Below, one piece after another: positions 34,510-52,699 of a stretch of 52,699 bases of DNA. Made by a program: the position numbers and the translations under genes. The DNA is taken from positions 1-52,699 of the forward strand of contig NW_005434613.1 of NCBI RefSeq assembly GCF_000315625.1, in the 5' to 3' direction. This DNA is from Guillardia theta CCMP2712. Its lineage: Eukaryota; Protista; Cryptophyta. How positions within the stretch are numbered: position 1 is the stretch's first letter; each line of letters begins with the position of its first letter. The notes beneath the pieces are model-generated. The model was not told where the DNA came from. It saw only the letters and a list, made by a program, of their open reading frames with translations, and did not search any database.

Positions 34510-35560
34510 CGGTGCTGCCTCAATTCTCAGTGGTTTCGTGTCACAGTGTGCATTAAACTCGGTCTTGAGCAAGAACTGTCTTATACATTATACATTTATT
34601 ATACATCGAGACGTGAAATTGAATAACTTCCTCGGAGGCTCTACGACAGAAGGAATAAGAAGTACTTGCTTGTGGACTTTGGGCTGGCATAGAAACAAAT
34701 GCATTCATCAGGCCGCAGCATCGGCAACATCTTGCCCTGTGAGGTTTCTACGGCCAGCTCTCGCTCCTCGCGGAATCAAAAGGAGCAGGAGAAACTAGAG
34801 ATGGCGCAGCAGATGGCGAAGAGGCGGATCATGTTGGGCGTCAGCAAGACGAACGCATCGGTGACAGTGAGGAACTCAGGGGTCAAATTCGAACGTCCAG
34901 TCAACCGCGCGGGAACTCGGGGATACCGAGCGCCCGAAGTGCTCATGGGCATGCAGTGCCAGACCACAGCAGTGGACGTGTGGGCTGCTGGGGTAGTACT
35001 GCTTACCCTGCTGTGCCGCACGACACAGTTCCAATGGTTCCAGCATAACGACATAGTCACGGCAACGATGGAGATCTCTTTGTGTACCTTGGAAGTGCGC
35101 TTGTCTGACTGTCTGAGCAGCTTGCGCATGTACATCAAGAGCATGGATGCTGTGTGGAAGCACAACTATGGGTATACGGGTCAGTACAGAGATAAGATCA
35201 GAGATGTTATCGAAGATTTCAAGCTCGACGTTAAGGTAAAATTGTTGTCGTCGGCGTTGTTGTATCAAGAGGATGAGGATGAGGGTGATATGGAGGAGGG
35301 AGGCCTGAGGTTGCTAACTTGATGTCATTCAGATTCCACCATTGGAACTGCATCTCAGCTATGCCCGCGGTTTCAAGCAAACATGGCGGACCTTGTCAAG
35401 CTCCCTGGGCGCGCATGCGGGATGCAAGGACTGGCTGGAGGTGGATGAGAAACATGCGATCTGGGACTTCCTCAACTGCTGCCTCGACATCGATCCCCGC
35501 ACGAGGATTACGGCACTGGAGGCTCTGAAGCATCCCTTCCTCATTAGTGCTGTCAAGTAA
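34510..35560 (+). pseudogene. CDC7: CDC7-like Ser/Thr kinase pseudogene (5'-truncated)
   Basis: IIHRDVKxNNFL, LLVDFGLA, kinase insert, RAGTRGYRAPEVL, QTTAVDVWAAG and RITALEALKHPFL motifs. Frameshift after NNFL, in-frame TAG at 34690-34692, second frameshift at ~35320-35342; N-lobe absent. Confidence 0.75.
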
Positions 35561-36639
35561 ACCGTCTCTACCCGTAGCTTTCTCCTTCCTCTCCTCTCAT
35601 GTCCTCCTCGCCCTCCTGCCTTCCTCGCTAGTGGTCTTGAGTAAACAGTCTCTCCTCCGGCATCTCCTCTCGCAGCGATCAGGCATATCAACTAGCCTGG
35701 CCTCCCAGGCGTCCATTTCCCTTCCAACCCCTCCCCTCTCCTTCCCCCAGCCTCTCAAGCTCCTCACCTCCTCACAAATGACACCGCCATATTACAATAG
35801 GTTGGGAGAAGCCTCAAAAAACGCAATCATGGCAAAGCAACAGGAAGTCTCTTGAAATATGTTTCATATTCAACCGACGAAGCATTCAGGTAAAGGAAGC
35901 TAGGGCGTCAACACAACAAGGAGAATCGAATTTCCTTTATGTCTTCGAAGGTTGCTTCTCTGATCGGTTCCCTTCATGTTTCCCTTCTTCTGGAAGTGAA
36001 TAGCCAGCACCTATAGCTGATGAGTGCTTTGGTACGCAAGTGCAAATTTCGATGCATACCTTTCACATTCAACCTACTATAGGTGTGATTCTCAGCCAAG
36101 AATTGAGCTGTTTGATCTCAGTACTTGCCTGGCACTTTCAGGAGTTAACATTGAGGGGCCATGGTCCTTGACTGCGCTCAGCAGCTGAGCAAACAGTCCC
36201 TGAGTACATTGGGAGTAGTGGGATAGGGAAGAGACCGGGGCAAGTGTGAGGTCGTTTACAAGTGTTTTAGATTGATACGAGAAGTTTGCACTACCCCCTA
36301 CCCCTCAACACGGGCTGGAGGCCGTTGGAAAGATTCAAATCATTTGAATACCTACCCCGAGCCACCTCATGATTATTTAGTCAACTATACACGCCTATTC
36401 ATATCAAATAGAGGAAGGTTTTGCTCAACATTGCCCTTCTCGTCTTGGATGGCCCGGCAGCCCCTGGCAACGAAAAAGGTACATAAATTGACGGAGCAAA
36501 CATTTTTAGCTCAATTTTCTCTTGCCGCTTTAATTTGACTAAAACTACTATGAGAACCACCCTGGTTGACTGATCCGACAAGGATACGGAACGGCAACGC
36601 TATGCTAAGTTATGCTCGCGCAACTTAGTTCAGGCCCTA

Positions 36640-37500
36640 ACTTGTGACAGTCGGACGGACTCCGGCGGACTCCGGCCTCGGCGTCCGGACCGTGGCAGTC
36701 CGTGACCGTGGCACGTCACGCGACGGTAGTACCGTACCGTACGGTCACCCGGCCGCCGGCCGGCCGGGCGGTGGCCGCCCGGCTCACTGCCGTCCGATCG
36801 CCGGACGGTGTAGCGCGGCACTCAGCGGCTGAGCGGGCGGCGGGCTCACCCGTCCGTCACGCCGTGACCGTGGCACGGGCCAGCCTCGCGGGGCCCCCGG
36901 GGCGGGCCCGGTCACGGCGCCGGGCGCCCCCCCGCCGGGGCCGGGCCCGGCGGCGGGCGGCCGTGAGTGCCGCCGCGCCGCGGATCGGACTCCGTGTGGG
37001 CGCCGGGCACTTCAGTGCCCGGCCAGCGGCCCGGCCTCACTGTGGCAGGGCCTCCGACTGAGTCACGGAGGGCCTGGCGGAGCCTAAGGGCCGGGCCCGG
37101 GCGCCCCGGCGGCGGCGCTCCGAGGCTCAGCAGCGGCCCGAGTCCATAGCGGAGTCACGGCGGCCGGCCGGCGGGCGCCCATAGGAAAACTTTCATTGGC
37201 AAGATTTGTTTTTTTCGACTCAGGGCCTGAGAGCGCGGCCTGAGTCCCTTCCGACACTCGGATGAAAAGTTTCATCGCGGCCGCATGATCACCGCCGTGG
37301 GACTCCGCCGGCCGGGGAGTACCGCCGGGCCTACCGTTTGAGAACCGGGCGTGTGGGAGCCTGGTACTCAGTTAGTAGTGTCGCTCTTAGGAGACAGCCT
37401 CACCACGCCGGGGGCGGCCAAAGGCTTTCAAGCCCCGGGGCCCTCGGTCGGAAGTTGGCAATAATTATTAATCCGATTGCCGCAGTGGAGCCTAGCACTG
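36640..37500. other. GC-rich intergenic island of shuffled short palindromic words (largest of about 8 in the window)
   Basis: Dense GGCCCGG, CCGTGAC/GTCACGG, TGAGTC and GTACCGTAC words. The 17-mer GTACCGTACCGTACGGT is shared with the island at 16248-16264. Confidence 0.65.
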
Positions 37501-37811
37501 AGCCAGCCTCAGATTCCCCCGGGATGACAAGAGGCGGAGCCGCTCGCTTGTTCTAAATCGGGAATAGGGAGATAGGGGTGGTCATCCTGGCAAAGGGGGT
37601 AGGGTACGGAACCAGGTGCTGTCAGCTCCGAGTGGGGTGGGGTACAGCGATCAAATTTGATAACGACTTGAATGGAGGTTGTCAACATTCCATCCTAGGG
37701 TGGGGTACAAAAGACGATTTCATGGGGGGTGGGGGTACATCGCTAAGCTGTCTAGGTAGGGTACACAATTGGGTTTCAGGGGGTGGGGGTGGTGCTATTT
37801 CGGGAGCGACG

Positions 37812-39895
37812 ATGGCGCTGCCGAACTATGAAGCGGTGAAGCCCATGGCACCGATTCCACGAGGAGGTAAACAATGGAAGAGAGGAAGAAGACACGTGCA
37901 AACAGGAAAATGTTGAGATGATGCAAGGACATGCGGTGTGAAGATTCAAGACTGAGAAGGAGAAGATGAGGGGATCTTGGACTGTGGGGGAACGATGAAA
38001 TTTTTTTAATGTCGATAGAAGGAGGGATGGCAATGAGTGAGAGTTTGTGAATGCTTGAAGAGATGTGAGTGTGAGGTCATCTTACCACTTGGTTGTCTGC
38101 ATGTTCACTGACCCTCAGTGAAGTAGTTTGACTTTCTGTGGTATTTTGAATAGTAATCTGCATTTGACGCCTGATGCAGGAAAGGCTACAAGGGTGGCAG
38201 CCATCGCAACCTCTGTCGTCTTCGTTCTGTTGGCTGTTGCTGGCCTTCTTGGAAGATCCTCTCACCGATCCTCTCTTCTCGTTTCTCCTTCTGAGCAGAG
38301 CTTGAGAAACTTGGCCCTGGAATTCCTCAGGAATGGAGACAAGATGACCGTGACGCAGATGAAGCGCAAGCTCGACGCCTGGCACAACTCTCCTAGCACT
38401 CTCCTTGACTTGGACGATGGCGAGGGGGCAAAGACTCAGATGCTTGCTGAGGGATACCCCAGACTTGGAACTGAGCTTGCGGAAGACTCGACTCTTTGCA
38501 AGAAGAAGGATTACATCATTGAAAAGTTCGACCAGCTCTTGAAGAAACTCGGAGGAGAAGAGCTCTCTGCCAACATCACGATGGGAAAAGTCAGTGATGA
38601 ATGGAAACAGGCGCTCTCTTCCTGGCTTGACTCTGAGTCTACTTATCGTCTGACCATCGAGAAGGCGAAGGAGGCACGTGAAGGGGCTGATTTTGCAAGA
38701 AACGAGTACGAGAAGTGGAACACCGCATACAAGCAGGCCAAGAAAGATTACGATGACACGTTGGCCCGTCATGCTGCTGAGAGACAAGACATTCTCGACG
38801 AAAGAGAGCTCATCAAGGAAATCATGAGACTTCTCGGTACTTAAACTGTTTGTTTATTGAGATGATTTGATCTCAACTGCAATCACTAGGTGTTCTGAGC
38901 GACATCAAGGCGACAGACAAGTCTATCGCTGCTGGAGGAAGGGATTCCATCAAGGATCCCAACACTGGAGTGTCTGACCCGTGAGCCATCGCGTCCTGAC
39001 GTTTCCGGGCTGAGGGACTTTCAGGTACAACATGAAGGAGGATGTGGACAAGACCAGAGCTCGCTTGATGCAGAAGGTCAGACAGCTGCAACATGTCAAA
39101 CTTGCCAGCGTGCCTGGGTTCTCCAGCAAGCTCAACGTCGTCGGAGCCGTTGGCATTCACTCACTAAATCTTGAATCCTGAAATTCTGCTTCAGAGACTT
39201 GAGAAGCTCGCGACAACCACCCTCCCCATCTACAGCGAGACGGAGGAAGTGGCGAAGATCCTGAAGGAGATGTTGGATGTGAGATCTTGACCAGTCTTGC
39301 TTGTTCCTCCTCATTGTCTGCTGCAGGACCTCGACACCAGGATGAACATCATCGACGAGGTTGATGCCAAGGCCAAGAAGCTCGTTGAGGATGCTGAGGC
39401 CAAGCTTGTAAGTTCAGTTGCTCAGGAATGCTGCGGCTGACTCGACGGCCGCCAGGTGGAGTGGGAGCAGCAGCTTGTGTCTCTTTCCAACGCAGCGGAC
39501 AAGGTCAGTGAGGAAGGATGAAATTCTTGTCGTTGACGTTCAAGCAGGCGACGGAGAAGATGTCGGCTGCTCAGCTCGAGCGCGAGAAGCTGGCAGGAGA
39601 CAAGACGATCTCCGAGTCAACCTACAATGATGAGAAGGCTGCCTACACCCTCGAGGTCCCACCCCTCCTCGACCCCTTCCTTCCTCCTCCCTGCCTCTTC
39701 CTCACCCCTCACTATCCCCTCCTCTTGACCTCCCTATCCCCACCTCTTTACCTCCTCTGTAGCTCTTGCTCGACTCCTCCATGGTCGCTAACCCTGGTGC
39801 AGATCCCACCTTACCAGCGAGAGATCTACGTCATCACGATGATCAAGATCAAGATCATCGAGCACTGCAACGGCGCAGACAACACCAGCGCTTGA
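37812..39895 (+). CDS. Multi-exon type II membrane/secreted coiled-coil hypothetical protein
   Basis: ATG at 37812, TM segment (VAAIATSVVFVLLAVAGLLG), long coiled coil, regular short GT-AG introns, stop at 39893-39895. Confidence 0.75.
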
Positions 39896-39987
39896 AAGGC
39901 TCACGATCTCTCAACCCTGAACCCTCCTCTTCTTGTGCGTCTTGTTTGTATTTATGAAGAACTCATAAAGAATTTCTCCCCCTGTGG

Positions 39988-49512
<9,525 letters not shown>

Positions 49513-49929
49513 GGACCTGTCAAACTTTTTTTTGCGGGACAAACGGCCCGGAGTCCCGGCCGACCACTGAAGCCTGACTCGCGGCCTCCGGGAGGCGGCG
49601 GGCCCGGACTCCCGGACGCCGGGTGGCACCAGTTAAGTTTGGCCCGGGGACAGCAGTGACAGTGGCAGAATTTAGGTTTGGTTCGGCGCGGCCGCCTCCG
49701 GCGGGCCGGGCCCGGCGCTCCCGGGGGCCGCTTGCTGTGGCACGGTGAGTCCCCTTCCGGGATCCGGTACTCGGGAACTTCGGAACTGATGAGTTGACGA
49801 TTCGACCGTCTGGGGGCAGGCCGGACGGGCCCCGGCCGGCCCGCGCCGGCGCGGGCCCCCGGGTAGCCCGGGCCCAGGGCCCGGGGGGCCCGGCCTTCCT
49901 CAGTGCAGTGCCAGGAGAAGCAGCTACCA

Positions 49930-50470
49930 CCCACCTCTTGCATCAAGTCTACCCCCACCTACGGGATGTATAACAACCACCCATAGAAACCCAGCAATGT
50001 CATCCACCCCCACCCCTGAGAATTTACTCACCCTTCAATACGTCCTTTTATCACCCCCTCGAATACCCCTTACTACCCTACCCCCTGAGGTGGCCTCCAC
50101 TTCCTCTGACATGTCAATTTGGGGGGTGGGGGTCGCCTCACTGAGGGGTAGGGTAACCAAGATCAGGTGTCGGGGGGTAGGGATAGAATTGGGGATGGGT
50201 GGGGTAGAAATGATGCGAGATGGGTTATTACTGGAATTGTTGGGGGTAGGGGTAATACAAAACAAGTCAGTGGGGTAGGTCATTGTTTTGACTAACCGGT
50301 TCACAGATAGTCATTTGAAGGGGTACTAATACATGGATCGAACTGAAAGCGGGAAGGACATAGTTCACTACAATATCAAGGGTGGGTACCTTGTGCTGGT
50401 TGCAAGGGGGTGTAAAGCACATTAGGGTGGTTGGTCCAAAGGGGTGGGGTGAGGTCTGGAGGGGTAGTAT
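49930..50470. promoter_or_regulatory. Candidate bidirectional promoter zone with oriented GGGTA/TACCC clusters
   Basis: The left half is TACCC-rich and faces the minus-strand NACHT gene; the right half is GGGTA-rich and faces cpeA. Confidence 0.4.
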
Positions 50471-50508
50471 ACAAATATTACGAGATTCAGACAGAACCGT
50501 CATCCGCC

Positions 50509-51612
50509 ATGCTCAGGTGAGATGCAGATGAGCGTATGGGAGCAAGACGATGAGAGCGAGAGTGAGCAGAAAGATGGCTGAAATGAGACGGGAAATAGGA
50601 ATAGACACAGAAACACGAACAAGAAACATATCAAGAGCAACAGCAAGATAAGGAGTACATGTAAGAGCAGGAGCAAGGGCACAGGGAGGAGGATGCATCT
50701 GTGAAGGATCGTGAGCAGGGGAAGATGAGTAGAACAGAACTGTATCTCATACAATTCAAAAGAGACAATTAAAACAGGACAAGCAATCTGTTGGTGTAAG
50801 GAGATAGTCGTGGCACATGTGTGGGTGTGGATGCTCTAGGATATGGTTCAGTGTACAGTTAGGGCACAACTCAATCATAGGATTAAGGTTGTATCCGTTT
50901 TGAGCTCTCATCTCAAAACAACAATTGTTGTCTTAAAGTGTTGTATTGATTGTTGTCAATTGGAATGCAAGCAAACTTGTGAATGCGAGAAAACATTTCA
51001 GCAGTGTTCTTGTTGGAGGATGATGCAAGCCTTGAAATTTGATTTAGAGTGTACCTAATCGTCCTAGAAGCATAGTTTGAAAGATGGAATCGTTGTTACT
51101 GCAAACCACAGGGATTTTCACTTACATGTTTCTAACAGGTCTATCGCTCTCGCTGCCGTAGTTGCTTCCGCCTCCGCCTTCTCCACTCCCGCCTTGGTTG
51201 TCGTTTCTCTTTCCTCTCATCCCTGCTGACTTGTTTGCAGAGTGGATTGAAGATGTCTGCGGGCCCCAGCCGCAGGGAGGTTGTCCAGGCCGGCGGTGCT
51301 GCTGCTGCCGTCGCTCCCTTCCTTGGAGCCAAGGCTGCTGGAGCCGAGATGGACAAGAAGGCTATCGCTCCTGTCATCACCATCTTCGATCACCGTGGAT
51401 GCGACCGCATCACCAAGGAGTACCAGGGACGCAAGGCCAACACCTACGACGACTACATGCTCGTCAAGGTCAAGGTGAGCTTGTGGAGTACGCGTTGAGG
51501 GTGCGGAGGATGACTCGGTTGACAGGGAGAGGTCATCACCGTCTCTACCAGCACTGCTGCCTCCGTCCTCGCCGAGACCTTCGGACTCCTTGACCGCGCT
51601 GCCCGCTCCTAA
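50509..51612 (+). CDS. cpeA: Cryptophyte phycoerythrin alpha subunit precursor (closed-form type)
   Basis: Exons 50509-50516, 51139-~51196, 51241-~51474 and ~51526-51612. MLRSIALAAVVASASA-F signal, transit peptide, twin-Arg lumen signal (SRREVVQ...AAGA), mature EMDKKAIAPVITIFDHRGC... with the bilin-binding Cys and ...DDYMLVKVK. Confidence 0.93.
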
Positions 51613-51805
51613 ACGATTCGTTATGTAAAGAGGGAAACATAGCATGACTTCGACTCGAATGCTCATCAGTTGTCCTTTTGAAGTAGCTTTTGACCATAAG
51701 ATATCCTGTTGTAACTTTTTCACAATCTCATCCTTACTGGACTTGTTTGCAATTTATCTTTACGCAATCACTACTGTAGCTATTGATGACAAGGGTAACA
51801 ACTTC

Positions 51806-52530
51806 CTATGCCGACATTGGCCCATACTTGGCAAGCTGGTTCTTCATGGCGATCGCCATCCACTCGAGCTGAGTCACAACGCCAGGAATCTGCTTGAGCA
51901 TGCGATTGTCAGGGTCCTTGACTGTCCCATCGGCTTCGAGGTACTCGTTAGGGCTGGGGAAGAGAGCCATCTTTGAGACAGGAAGACAGCCCAGCTCGCT
52001 TAGAAAGGGACGGAGAGCCACCGCAGCTCGAGCTCCAGCAAAGGGACCGGCAGAGTAGGCGATGATAGCAGAAGGCTTGCAAGCGTAGTTGGATCCTCCA
52101 AAGTGTCCCATCATGGACGCGAGAGCAGGAGGAATGGAGTGGTTGTACTCGGCGCAGACAACCACGTAGCAGTCCGCCTCCTTGATCTTCTTTGCCATGG
52201 CATCCATGCCAGCTGGCGCTTTTCCAGGGGCAAAGAAGTGGTGAGGGTGCTTCAACTCAGCACCGCTCTCCTCCAGTGCTCCTCCCTTGCCGAAAACCTC
52301 CAACGGGTCGAAAACTGTCACCTCTGTTGTATTTCAGGTTAGAGGGTCAGTCTCTTCAATGAAGAGGATGGACTTCACCGTGAGTAATCTTTTCTCCTCC
52401 CAGCTCTGCAGTCCTCTGTTGAAGGAAGTTCTGTTGTACATTCATGTTACTCCTGACCACCTACTCTGCAGAAAAATCACCTTCACATGGTTCAACAACC
52501 CGTCGCCCAAACGCTTTGGCCCTCCCCTGC
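51806..52530 (-). CDS. NADPH-dependent FMN reductase (ChrR/AzoR/LOT6-like), 5' end probably beyond this point
   Basis: [19 protein letters not shown] and [18 protein letters not shown] motifs; upstream exons joined by short introns. Confidence 0.88.
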
Positions 52531-52699
52531 AACCACTCTCGTCAGAAAAGGTGGACAATCTTGTAGCCAACGGGAAAATCTGATCAGACAAGTTTGAACT
52601 ATCTCTGATCAAATTTCCTTCCCTCCTCATGCTTTCGTGCTCTTTTGCACCCCAAATCGAACCTATCCTCCTCTCCCTTGAAGCCTCCTCGTCCCCCCT

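Noticed and set aside
36630-37556. Arg/Pro/Ala-rich ORFs in the GC islands
   Set aside because: Expected from very high GC content; low-complexity translations on both strands.

Overview
Eukaryotic nuclear DNA from a cryptophyte alga, most likely Guillardia theta or a close relative. This is inferred from a nuclear phycoerythrin alpha-subunit gene with tripartite targeting, many ~45-60 nt GT-AG introns, microsatellite-filled long introns and TTTAGGG-type repeats. Recognisable genes: a cyclic-nucleotide-binding K+ channel, a SET-domain methyltransferase, an FtsJ-like RNA methyltransferase, a YchJ/SEC-C protein, a Cys-rich surface protein with a GPS-like motif, a DUF4062-NACHT-WD40 (NWD1/TEP1-like) protein, cpeA, an NADPH-dependent FMN reductase and several hypothetical proteins. 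Decayed material: a CDC7-like kinase pseudogene, two remnants of an RLE-type (CRE-like) non-LTR retrotransposon family, a Ulp1-protease remnant, an STPR-repeat remnant and a 411-bp inverted duplication. The most striking observation is an interstitial (CCCTAAA)n array split by exactly nt 1-46 of U2 snRNA, in the polarity expected if a telomere-extending reverse transcriptase switched template onto U2 RNA. Also notable are a 137-bp tandem array of near-perfect 26-bp-stem hairpins and a recurring two-part intergenic architecture (GC-rich palindromic island plus oriented GGGTA cluster) upstream of genes. Exon boundaries were called by eye and no database searches were run.
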